IMG/VR virus record: IMGVR_UViG_3300034989_000049
Location: 1-29,075 of that record
Reading direction: 5' to 3' (one strand)
DNA: 29,075 bases
From: a virus
Taxonomy: Duplodnaviria > Caudoviricetes
The notes beneath the pieces are model-generated. The model had not been told where the DNA came from. It saw nothing but the letters and a program-made list of their open reading frames with translations, and did not search any database. Positions 19,496 through 27,271 of the stretch are shown here, in pieces (the stretch's first letter is position 1; every line of letters begins with the position of its first letter). A program made the translations under genes and the position numbers.

Positions 19496-19639
19496 ATGTA
19501 TTGACAATATTCATCAGGTGTTTTGTTTAAAAAGGGTCAAGCGCCATGGAATAAAGGCAAAAAACATACTGAAGAGGCCAAGAAAAAAATGAGTGAATCA
19601 AAAAAAGAATTATTTAGAAAAAGAAGAGAAATGGAGTAA
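19496..19639 (+). pseudogene. NUMOD3-motif remnant of a homing endonuclease
   Basis: MY*QYSSGVLFKKGQAPWNKGKKHTEEAKKKMSESKKELFRKRREME: canonical NUMOD3 (GKKHTEEAKKKMSES), TGA at codon 3, no nuclease domain. Confidence 0.75.
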
Positions 19640-19641
19640 GT

Positions 19642-20619
19642 ATGTCAATATTAACACAAATGGCTGGTATATATTCAGGAAGTGCGGGAAGCACTCCTTA
19701 TGTTCCAACTTCATGGACACAACGAACTTCATCATTTGCAGGTACAGATACAATATTTGATGTTCATTATGGTGGTGGGACGTGGGTAGCAGTAGGTCAA
19801 AATGGTAAGTTAGCAACAAGTACATCACCAACTACAACATGGACACAACGGACTTCCTCTTTTGGTTCTAGTGGTATTAATGGAGTTGCCTATGATGGTT
19901 CTACGTATTGGGTAGCGGTTGGTGATAATGGTAAGTTAGCAACAAGTACATCACCAACTACAACGTGGACACAACGGACTTCCTCTTTTGGTTCTAGTGT
20001 TATTAATGGAGTTGCCTATGATGGTTCTACGTATTATATGGCTGCTGGTGGAGGAGGAGGGAGTGGTCAATTAGCAACAAGTACATCACCTACAGGTACG
20101 TGGACACAAAGAACAACTAATCTTGGAGCCCCTCTTAATTGGTGTGGTTTTGATGGAACATATTATGTGATTGGGGGTTCTGTTGATGGGTCTGGATATG
20201 CGATTGCAACGGCCACTGATCCTACGGGGACCTGGAGTGTTAGGGATTGTGGTGCAGTTCAATTTGATAATATTACCTGTGCAATATATGACGGCAGTAA
20301 ATGGCTTCTTATGGGATATAATATTGGAACAGGCAATACATTTTTATTTATAGCAAGTGATCCTACGAGCAGCTGGGCAAGTTATACGTCTCCTTTTCCA
20401 CAAAATGCAGAGCCGCAAGGAATTCGTTATGATAGTACGTCTGGTGTCTATGTAGCAGTTGGAGGAGATGCAAAATTATATACGAGTTTAAATGGAACAA
20501 GTTGGACTGAACAAACCAGTTCATTTTCAGGTACAGATATCTATGGAATATATAATAGTAATTCATATTGGGTAGCAACTGGAGTCAGTGGTAAATTAGC
20601 TACAAGCCCAACGTCTTAA
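19642..20619 (+). CDS. Beta-propeller (BNR/WD40-like) receptor-binding protein
   Basis: About 7 blades of WTQRTSSF...I.GV.YDG..WVAVG..GKLATS. Confidence 0.75.
   Translation: MSILTQMAGIYSGSAGSTPYVPTSWTQRTSSFAGTDTIFDVHYGGGTWVAVGQNGKLATSTSPTTTWTQRTSSFGSSGINGVAYDGSTYWVAVGDNGKLATSTSPTTTWTQRTSSFGSSVINGVAYDGSTYYMAAGGGGGSGQLATSTSPTGTWTQRTTNLGAPLNWCGFDGTYYVIGGSVDGSGYAIATATDPTGTWSVRDCGAVQFDNITCAIYDGSKWLLMGYNIGTGNTFLFIASDPTSSWASYTSPFPQNAEPQGIRYDSTSGVYVAVGGDAKLYTSLNGTSWTEQTSSFSGTDIYGIYNSNSYWVATGVSGKLATSPTS
19801..20035 (+). repeat. Recent 126-bp tandem blade duplication
   Basis: 19801-19909 and 19927-20035 differ at only 2 of 109 positions. Confidence 0.9.
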
Positions 20620-20743
20620 AATATTCACATTAATATCTTTTAATTTTTATGTACAGATTATTACACTATAAACGAAGTAATTATGAAAAACTTGTGTTAC
20701 AAATACTTAATAAGTATCTTAGAAATATCTTAAAGAAATAGCA

Positions 20744-20776
20744 TCTCAGTTGCCGACAACTTGTCGGCAACTGAGA
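20744..20776. repeat. Perfect 16-bp inverted repeat upstream of the toxin
   Basis: TCTCAGTTGCCGACAA-C-TTGTCGGCAACTGAGA. Confidence 0.9.
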
Positions 20777-20810
20777 GCATGCCCAAACGTCACACGTTGA
20801 AAGGAATATC

Positions 20811-21986
20811 ATGAAAAAAATAATATTATTTTTACTTTTAAGTGTCTCATCCGTAGATGCAGGTATCATTGGAAAAACCCCTGTTTTTATTAAGCATCCC
20901 TGCTCTGCCTTTAACAAAAAAAAAGCAGAAAATTTTAAAGTAGGCGACTCAGTTCTTTCATCAATCGATGTAAACGGGAACATCAAATCTATTTCTATTA
21001 AAATTCAAAATATAGAAAAGCATCAGACAAACAGAATTGTATTTATAAGAACAGAACATGGCCAATTAATAGTTGACCCTGAGGAACGTTTTTTTTCTTT
21101 TAATCGACTAAAATGGATAAAAGCAAAGTACTTAAATCGATGTGATACTTTAACCACCTTGCAAGGACGAGAAGTTCGCTTAAAAGAAATAGCATATCTC
21201 ACCTTGTTGGTACCGGTGGACATTTATAATTTTACACTTGAAGCGTGTCCTGTTTTATATATTGCTGATTCAAGTGGAGAATCACTTCTTATTCACAATG
21301 AACCCGTCACATTGATGAGTTTATATCTTGCGAGCTTGCCGGTTAAGATTTCTTTAATATCCTCAACTACTATTCCAACCATTCTTGGTTTTTTATGGAC
21401 CTTTACTGCACCAGCGGTTGTGGCTGTTCATTGTTATGCTATAGGACGAGGAATAGGATTGGCAACCAAAAAAGCATATCATGGCATCACGAGTTTTTTT
21501 CATCATCGCAGACGCAAGAAAGAACTGCGAAGAGTAATAAAAGAAGCATATCCAGAAATTTCCTCACCACCTACATTAGTACGAAATACACAAGATATCG
21601 TTGAAAAACTTAAAAAAATAGATGATAGAATGGCTAAAATAAAAGATGCACAAAAACCATCTGGTGGAAAAGACCCCGATCCAAAAGATGAAGAACGTAA
21701 ACTACAAGAAATCAACTACAAATACAGTCATAGAAATAGTAGGCAATTACGTAAAGGACATAAATCATCATTCAAGAGATTAAGTGAACACGTTGATAAA
21801 CTTAAAAAATACATAGAGAACCCAGACAAATATGATGATCGAGGTCTTTTAACCAATGCATCTGAAGAACAACGAGTAACCATTATTAATACCCGCGTAA
21901 ACCATCTGATAAAAGAAATTAATAACTTTACTAACGAGTGTGAAGAAATACAAAATGCACTTGAATATCTCAATAAAACGCTCTAA
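20811..21986 (+). CDS. Secreted Hint-domain polymorphic toxin
   Basis: Signal peptide (MKKIILFLLLSVSSVDA); Hint motifs (F.VGDSVLS, WIKAKYL, IYNFTLE...LIHN); hydrophobic segment; DPDP linker; C-terminal EHVDKLKKYIENPDKYDDRGLL domain resembling Rhs/CdiA-type toxin tips. Confidence 0.75.
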   Translation: MKKIILFLLLSVSSVDAGIIGKTPVFIKHPCSAFNKKKAENFKVGDSVLSSIDVNGNIKSISIKIQNIEKHQTNRIVFIRTEHGQLIVDPEERFFSFNRLKWIKAKYLNRCDTLTTLQGREVRLKEIAYLTLLVPVDIYNFTLEACPVLYIADSSGESLLIHNEPVTLMSLYLASLPVKISLISSTTIPTILGFLWTFTAPAVVAVHCYAIGRGIGLATKKAYHGITSFFHHRRRKKELRRVIKEAYPEISSPPTLVRNTQDIVEKLKKIDDRMAKIKDAQKPSGGKDPDPKDEERKLQEINYKYSHRNSRQLRKGHKSSFKRLSEHVDKLKKYIENPDKYDDRGLLTNASEEQRVTIINTRVNHLIKEINNFTNECEEIQNALEYLNKTL

Positions 21987-22303
21987 TGATTTTTATGAAG
22001 ATAACCAGAAAAGAACTAGAAACTATCCTTAATCTCTTTTTGACTGAGATAACATTGTGTCTTCAGAAAGAAGAATTTGATTTGAGTTATACTACATTTT
22101 GGGTAACAATGTTTGATGATGGACAAAAACTTGAAAAACCGGAGCCAACGGTTGCAGACTTAAGAGATGACCTTGAAAGTATCTTAAAGCGTTTACAAGA
22201 TAAAGATATGTCATTTTCCTACAACGATTATGAAAGTCTTGGAAATGTTATAAAGGCTATTGGGTATACTATATATAAAAAAAACCGTACAAAACAAAAA
22301 TAA
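21986..22303 (+). CDS. Putative cognate immunity protein
   Basis: TAATG overlap with the toxin; small and acidic-cored, with FW...D and ADLRDDLE motifs like immunity proteins I recall downstream of this toxin type. Confidence 0.65.
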   Translation: MIFMKITRKELETILNLFLTEITLCLQKEEFDLSYTTFWVTMFDDGQKLEKPEPTVADLRDDLESILKRLQDKDMSFSYNDYESLGNVIKAIGYTIYKKNRTKQK

Positions 22304-22321
22304 AAGCTGAAAGGACGAGTA

Positions 22322-22522
22322 ATGGCACAGAAAAAAAAATGGATACAAGCAGCTATAAAAAAACCAGGTGCTCTGCGTAAAACACTTGGTGCAAAAAAGG
22401 GAAAAGATATTCCAGAAAAAAAATTAAAAAAAGCAGCAAAAAAGAAAGGCATCACAGGACGCAGGGCTCGATTGGCACTTACCTTAAAAAAACTTTCTAA
22501 GAAAAAAAAGAAAAGTAAATAA
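22322..22522 (+). CDS. Small Lys-rich phage protein
   Basis: KWIQAAIKKPGALRKTLG...GRRARLALTLKK, a recurrent phage mini-protein motif. Confidence 0.8.
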   Translation: MAQKKKWIQAAIKKPGALRKTLGAKKGKDIPEKKLKKAAKKKGITGRRARLALTLKKLSKKKKKSK

Positions 22523-22770
22523 TGCCAATACGCAAACCAGAAACAAAAAAAGAAAAGAAAAAAGCTGTTGAAACAGTTATGCATGAATTTAAGTCTGGTG
22601 CATTGCATAGTGGTTCTAAAAAAGGACCTCTAGTGACAAGTAGAAAGCAAGCAATTGCAATTGCATTGTCAGAATCAGGCCAATCTAAATCATCTAAGAA
22701 AAAACGCAATCGTTCTGGAAAAAGAAAAACAAAAAAGAAAATTTCTCATAAAAAAAAAGAGGAGAAATAA
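22522..22770 (+). CDS. DUF6496-like basic protein
   Basis: VMHEFKSGALHSGSKKGPLVTSRKQAIAIALSE signature. Confidence 0.8.
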   Translation: MPIRKPETKKEKKKAVETVMHEFKSGALHSGSKKGPLVTSRKQAIAIALSESGQSKSSKKKRNRSGKRKTKKKISHKKKEEK

Positions 22771-22994
22771 TGCGTTATCTTTTTTATGGTATGATATGTT
22801 GTTTTTGTTTCTGTTGTTTTGCTGGATGTTCACGTAAGAAAATACTCAAAACTGTTCAAAAAATATTACACTTACATCCAACAAACATCCATGATCCGGA
22901 ACCAGAACCAGATCAAACAGAAGGAGAAATTGTCGAAGATATTGTTGAAGATTCTATTGATATCGCAGAAGACATCATTGAAGATATCCTATAA
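22770..22994 (+). CDS. Putative small lipoprotein
   Basis: Cys-rich hydrophobic N-terminus, FAGC lipobox, acidic C-terminus; TAATG coupling. Confidence 0.6.
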   Translation: MRYLFYGMICCFCFCCFAGCSRKKILKTVQKILHLHPTNIHDPEPEPDQTEGEIVEDIVEDSIDIAEDIIEDIL

Positions 22995-23013
22995 CAATAC
23001 ATGAAAGACTGGC

Positions 23014-23460
23014 ATGTATAAAAAACTTATACAGAAAATTAAAAAATATATAAGTCACAAGTGGCCTAAGAAATCACCTTGTGACTCCCCCCCTCCACCT
23101 CCAAGGACCTTCCAGGAAAAACTGTATCGCCTTTCCTATTATAAAAAGTATAAACTTCCGTTATCTAAAAAAAAAGAAAAGAAAGATATTTTAAAACTGA
23201 TTCCATTTACGTTACTTCTTGTTTTTTCGGCTTGTTCGAAAAGGCAAGAAGTAAAAATTGTCCATAACTATTGGAATAAGGTTCCGTTGCTTGAAACATC
23301 TAAACAGCAGGTAAAACTGGATTGTTACACATACAAATCATTTAAAGATTCAAATAAAAAAGAAAAGGTTATAATTTATAAACCTGATATGATCTTTGAA
23401 AAAACAACTCATAATATTCCTTTGGTGGAAACTCCCGAATTTATTCGGGAGAGGAAGTGA
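23014..23460 (+). CDS. Hypothetical membrane-associated protein
   Basis: Basic N-terminus, poly-Pro, internal hydrophobic stretch ending FSAC. Confidence 0.55.
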   Translation: MYKKLIQKIKKYISHKWPKKSPCDSPPPPPRTFQEKLYRLSYYKKYKLPLSKKKEKKDILKLIPFTLLLVFSACSKRQEVKIVHNYWNKVPLLETSKQQVKLDCYTYKSFKDSNKKEKVIIYKPDMIFEKTTHNIPLVETPEFIRERK

Positions 23461-23483
23461 TTAGTACTTTCTCCATTTTAAGT

Positions 23484-23523
23484 AGCCTCCATTTTATTTT
23501 GTTCCTTTCTTGGAATGGAGGCT
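23484..23523. terminator. Intergenic hairpin
   Basis: AGCCTCCATT...AATGGAGGCT with a 20-nt pyrimidine-rich loop. Confidence 0.4.
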
Positions 23524-23551
23524 CACTTAGCTAGATAAAGGATGAGAAATA

Positions 23552-24265
23552 ATGAAGATTACCTTAGAAGATGTCTATGCAAAACTTGAAGAACTTACTG
23601 AGCTCATTGATCCTCAAGCTTCTTTTCACATACATGAATCAAAAGAAACAGATAAAATAAATACCGCTCTTGCTAAAGCTCAATGTGAATATCCCCTCAT
23701 ACTTCTTAATCGCAAAGACACGTACATGAATAATGCATATACTGACCTGGATAATATTATGCGTGAAATGCGTCCAATTTTAGGCAAGCACGGCATTTCT
23801 ATTACCCAACGAACACTGGCCCCTAATAGCGGCAAAACGTTTCTTCAAACAAGAATATGGCATAATAGTGGCCAATGGATACAAACCATTGAACGATTTT
23901 TACCAACACAAAATAATATAGATATTTATGTCTCTGAATTAAATGAATTAAAAAAGTCACAAGTGATGGCGCTCCTTAATATTACAATTGCCAATGACCA
24001 ATTTGATGATAATGGATATGAAGCATTAAAAGAAGCTTATAAGAATATTGGTGTGCATGGAGAAGGCCATAAAAATACAAGTATGGAAACAATAACACGC
24101 GATGACCTTAAAAAGATTGAACATGAACTACAATATGTGCCACACTATAAAGAGAAAATATTGCGACATTTTAAAATTCGTAATCTTGCTGATATCCCCC
24201 TTGATGGATTCCAAAAAACCATCACAGGAATACGAACTGAAAGAAAGGCACACAAAGATATTTAA
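23552..24265 (+). CDS. erf: ERF-family ssDNA annealing recombinase
   Basis: INTALAKAQ...YTDLDNIM...RPILGKHGISITQ...LQTRIWHNSGQWI...DD matches the ERF pattern. Confidence 0.8.
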   Translation: MKITLEDVYAKLEELTELIDPQASFHIHESKETDKINTALAKAQCEYPLILLNRKDTYMNNAYTDLDNIMREMRPILGKHGISITQRTLAPNSGKTFLQTRIWHNSGQWIQTIERFLPTQNNIDIYVSELNELKKSQVMALLNITIANDQFDDNGYEALKEAYKNIGVHGEGHKNTSMETITRDDLKKIEHELQYVPHYKEKILRHFKIRNLADIPLDGFQKTITGIRTERKAHKDI

Positions 24266-24321
24266 CTGCCACTCTACTTATGTCTCTGTCTCCAACAGAG
24301 AACCTACTTTTTTCTTTTTTA

Positions 24322-24352
24322 TAAAAAGCTTCCCTTCTTCTGAGGGGAAGCT
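24322..24352. terminator. Terminator-like hairpin after erf
   Basis: AGCTTCCCTTC-TTCT-GAGGGGAAGCT; an upstream A tract gives a U tail on the minus strand. Confidence 0.5.
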
Positions 24353-24433
24353 ATGATAGAACCTCCCTGTAGAATGCATTTGCTTATGTATGGTACACTA
24401 GAAAAAGTTACAAAAAAAAGAAAGGAAAAACCG

Positions 24434-24721
24434 ATGAGGCCCTCCTCACATGATATATGGTTTAAAGTTTTTGGAAGTATGGTTATTATTACCATTCTTA
24501 CTTATATTTTTTTTATTTGGTATTCATTTTATCAACATCATAAAAAATTCAAAGACAGTGTCATAGAAATAACATTGCCAGATGACATCAAAGAAGAAGC
24601 AGAAGTTACGTCTTTTGATGATTTCTTCGAAGATCCAAGTCCAAAAGAAGCAAAAGAAATTAAAGAATATCTCTTTAGCATTGAACCACCCGTCAAAACA
24701 ACAAACAAATTAAAACGCTAA
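24434..24721 (+). CDS. Single-TM membrane protein
   Basis: AAGGA RBS before ATG 24434; TM helix VFGSMVIITILTYIFFIWYSFY. Confidence 0.7.
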   Translation: MRPSSHDIWFKVFGSMVIITILTYIFFIWYSFYQHHKKFKDSVIEITLPDDIKEEAEVTSFDDFFEDPSPKEAKEIKEYLFSIEPPVKTTNKLKR

Positions 24722-24750
24722 AAAATTCTCCCTTTTTAATCACACATTCA

Positions 24751-24788
24751 AATAGGCGCCCCCCAATAACGCAAACTGGGCGCCTATT
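24751..24788. terminator. Hairpin at the convergence of the two transcription units
   Basis: AATAGGCGCCC...GGGCGCCTATT. Confidence 0.55.
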
Positions 24789-24805
24789 AAAAGGTAATGT
24801 AAGGG

Positions 24806-24837
24806 GTCAACTACTCTCGACTAAAGTCGAAAGCTTG
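24806..24837 (-). mobile_element. Orphan IS200/IS605-superfamily end hairpin (TnpB/IscB omega-RNA terminus-like)
   Basis: Minus strand CAAGC-TTTCGAC-TTTA-GTCGAGA-GTAGTTGAC, the characteristic end motif; no transposase or nuclease nearby. Confidence 0.7.
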
Positions 24838-24894
24838 TACTTCCAAGTTTCTCAGGACAAAATTTCCAATAGCTGTTTTAATCCATTTATTCAT
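24811..24894 (-). pseudogene. Short gene running into the IS end
   Basis: AAGGA RBS; MNKWIKTAIGNFVLRNLEVQAFDFSRE*, with the last 8 codons coming from the IS end. Confidence 0.5.
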
Positions 24895-25399
24895 GTGGTT
24901 TCCTTATATTCCTTTCAACGTGTGACATTTGGTCACACGTTTTTACTAGACGAACTGATCCTTTATCAATATCCCATGGATGTTTTTTATCGGGAACAGC
25001 TTCTAGTAAAGGGCCAACGCTATTTTCAGATTGGATTCTTACTTTTTCATTTATTACCAGAGGGATCATCCTTGTTACAATTTTCTTCATAGTTTCTACC
25101 ACTTCTTCTGACGAATTTCCTTTATTGTTATTATTAAAAGCAAGAAGTACAACTGCAGCACCACACAAATCTGCTACTTCGTGTTCAGAAAGTAGTGTGC
25201 TATCAAGTAACGTTTCACCCTCTTTAAGATCTTCGAGCGCATCTTCATATTTTCTTATCAAATCCATAGGAATATTCATTAACCAGGAATCTATATTTCC
25301 ATCTTTTTTGGCATATTCTTCCCATAAGGTAGCCTGTAATGGAAAATCAGCTTCCTGCAAAACTTTAATTAGCTCTTGTTGGTTTATCTTTTTATTCAT
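24887..25399 (-). CDS. Hypothetical early protein
   Basis: 170-aa ORF in the leftward operon. Confidence 0.75.
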   Translation of the reverse strand: MNKKINQQELIKVLQEADFPLQATLWEEYAKKDGNIDSWLMNIPMDLIRKYEDALEDLKEGETLLDSTLLSEHEVADLCGAAVVLLAFNNNNKGNSSEEVVETMKKIVTRMIPLVINEKVRIQSENSVGPLLEAVPDKKHPWDIDKGSVRLVKTCDQMSHVERNIRKPHE

Positions 25400-25437
25400 G
25401 TCTTACCCTAACGGCATCTGTATCACGTTTGTGCATA

Positions 25438-25680
25438 TCATCTATTTATAACGTCTTTACAACCACAGCATTCACGAATTACTATATATTTTTTGGGTTT
25501 CTCATCTACCATGTTTTCAATCTCACCAATATTAACGTAAATATCAACGTCGTTGTCTTTTCTAATAAGAAGGAAATTTAATGGCATCGCATCATGATGC
25601 TCTCTTCTGGCAATCTCCTTAACTTCTTCTGAAATCTCTTTTGTTACATCTGTTACACATATTAACTTAAAATTAGCCAT
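25438..25680 (-). CDS. Hypothetical protein
   Basis: AGGAAAAAG before the ATG; leftward operon. Confidence 0.7.
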   Translation of the reverse strand: MANFKLICVTDVTKEISEEVKEIARREHHDAMPLNFLLIRKDNDVDIYVNIGEIENMVDEKPKKYIVIRECCGCKDVINR

Positions 25681-25688
25681 CTTTTTCC

Positions 25689-26171
25689 CTACATAATAAA
25701 AGGTATCTTAATCTTTTTGCCCATACTCTTAATCAACTCTACTGCAGCTATCCCAAACATCTTCCATGGCTGTGTGGCTATTTCTTCTAAGAGCTGTTGG
25801 TTAGCACCGATTGTCTTTTGTAATTCATAAAATGCCTGCGCTCTGCCTATGGTTGATAATAAACTGCGGCCTACATCCTTGATGGGATCTAACCCAAGAT
25901 AATGTCCATAAAGAACAACGAAGGGAGCTAAGACCACTACTGTCTTGGTAACTCCCTTACTCGTTAAAAGATAATCTATATTCTCATTAAAGAAATTATA
26001 CGTGCTTCTTAGCATGCGTCCAGCATTGATCATACACCCAGCATAATAACCCTCTTTACGACTATCAACCGGTTGATACTTATCAAGCGGATCTTTGATG
26101 CCAGTGTCATTACTTAGAATTGATCCCTGTAGACATACAGATAACATAGCAACCAATAGAGCTTTTCTCAT
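25689..26171 (-). CDS. Putative secreted/membrane protein
   Basis: Signal peptide MRKALLVAMLSVCLQGS and an internal hydrophobic helix. Confidence 0.7.
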   Translation of the reverse strand: MRKALLVAMLSVCLQGSILSNDTGIKDPLDKYQPVDSRKEGYYAGCMINAGRMLRSTYNFFNENIDYLLTSKGVTKTVVVLAPFVVLYGHYLGLDPIKDVGRSLLSTIGRAQAFYELQKTIGANQQLLEEIATQPWKMFGIAAVELIKSMGKKIKIPFIM

Positions 26172-26191
26172 AATATCCCCCAATCTTTTTA

Positions 26192-26494
26192 TTATGAACA
26201 GCCTGTGTGCTTTGATGTTTCTTCGTGTAAGTAATCATTAAACTCAGAAATAAAACCATCCAAATAATAAGCTACCAATAATTTGCCTTGAATATCAAGT
26301 TCATCATAGAGAATGGCATCTTCATTAGACGTTAAGTATAAGTTATCCTCAACCCAAGAGAGAGCCATTGAGTCATCTTCCATGTCTTCTATATAAACGT
26401 CGAACCTTGTAGCATATCTACCATCTTTTCCTAGATAATCAATTAAAGCATGGGCCTCTTTGTTTATTGTTTTCTCTAGTTCTTGTAAATACAT
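26192..26494 (-). CDS. Hypothetical acidic protein
   Basis: AAGGA RBS; D/E-rich, 100 aa. Confidence 0.75.
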   Translation of the reverse strand: MYLQELEKTINKEAHALIDYLGKDGRYATRFDVYIEDMEDDSMALSWVEDNLYLTSNEDAILYDELDIQGKLLVAYYLDGFISEFNDYLHEETSKHTGCS

Positions 26495-26548
26495 TATTTA
26501 TCCTTTCCGTAAATTGTTTTTCCATTAAAATCTATAATAATATGCTTT

Positions 26549-26923
26549 TTAGTCCATTCTTCCACTTGCCTGTCTGCATTCTATTCCATGAACTTCTTTT
26601 AACCATTTAAGTACTTTAATTGAACTTTCTTCTTTTATAGAACAATCCTGATAAGCAGGAGCATGAACTATAGTCACCAGTCTTGGCTTTCTGCAACCCT
26701 TCATCAGAACATAGGCTTTAATATGATCCCCTAAAACACAAGATCCCATCGCTTCGCCACCGTTCTTTTCGTAAATAACATCTGCAGCTTTTTGCCATCT
26801 ATTCTGTGCCTCCAGCAAAACATCCCGCTTTTCTAAAATCTCTTTATAAGTATAATAACGCTTTGCGGTGTCAGAAGAACTACCTTTCCAGTAAAATGTC
26901 TTTGTCTTTTTATCAACTATCAT
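26549..26923 (-). CDS. Hypothetical early protein
   Basis: GAGGGGG RBS; first gene of the leftward unit. Confidence 0.75.
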   Translation of the reverse strand: MIVDKKTKTFYWKGSSSDTAKRYYTYKEILEKRDVLLEAQNRWQKAADVIYEKNGGEAMGSCVLGDHIKAYVLMKGCRKPRLVTIVHAPAYQDCSIKEESSIKVLKWLKEVHGIECRQASGRMD

Positions 26924-26967
26924 AAAATCCCCCTCAAATTAGATTTATCTTTTAACTTACCACTATC

Positions 26968-26996
26968 ATACTAGCAGGGGTTTAATGCAATGTCAA
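26968..26996 (-). promoter_or_regulatory. Leftward sigma70 promoter
   Basis: TTGACA-N17-TAGTAT with an extended TGn. Confidence 0.7.
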
Positions 26997-27014
26997 GTGT
27001 TTGATATCGGATGT

Positions 27015-27042
27015 TTGACATTAAACATCTTTGCTATATAAT
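27015..27042 (+). promoter_or_regulatory. Rightward sigma70 promoter
   Basis: TTGACA-N16-TATAAT; inverted repeat GATGTTT-N6-AAACATC (27010-27029) covers the -35. Confidence 0.75.
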
Positions 27043-27085
27043 TATATTTTGAAAGGATATATATGCAAAAAAGAAGGATAAGATA

Positions 27086-27271
27086 ATGAAAGAATATATG
27101 CTTATAGGAGAAGCTGCTAAGCTTCTTGGTATTTCACAACAGACATTAAGAAAATGGGAAACCACAAGAAAGTTATTACCGGTGGGTATCTTGAAAAAAA
27201 CCGGCTATAGATTATATAGACAAGATCAACTAGAAAAGTTTAAGAACAAAGAAAATAAAGGAACTAGATGA
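27086..27271 (+). CDS. MerR/excisionase-like HTH protein
   Basis: IGEAAKLLGISQQTLRKWE...GYRLY signature. Confidence 0.85.
   Translation: MKEYMLIGEAAKLLGISQQTLRKWETTRKLLPVGILKKTGYRLYRQDQLEKFKNKENKGTR

Noticed and set aside
19502-19504. TGA stop-codon reassignment
   Set aside because: TGA ends genuine genes (603, 8244, 23460) and genes are intact in code 11; no suppressor tRNA.
19801-20035. Diversity-generating retroelement TR/VR pair
   Set aside because: In-frame tandem blades within one gene, one mismatch is G/T, and there is no reverse transcriptase.
20681-20986. Minus-strand 101-aa ORF through the palindrome
   Set aside because: It overlaps the better-supported toxin gene and has no recognisable domain.
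22770-24721. Holin/spanin/endolysin cassette
   Set aside because: Lipobox and TM proteins exist, but there is no peptidoglycan hydrolase motif or spanin arrangement.
27086-27271. IS607 TnpA transposase
   Set aside because: Only a MerR-type HTH; no serine-recombinase domain or tnpB follows.
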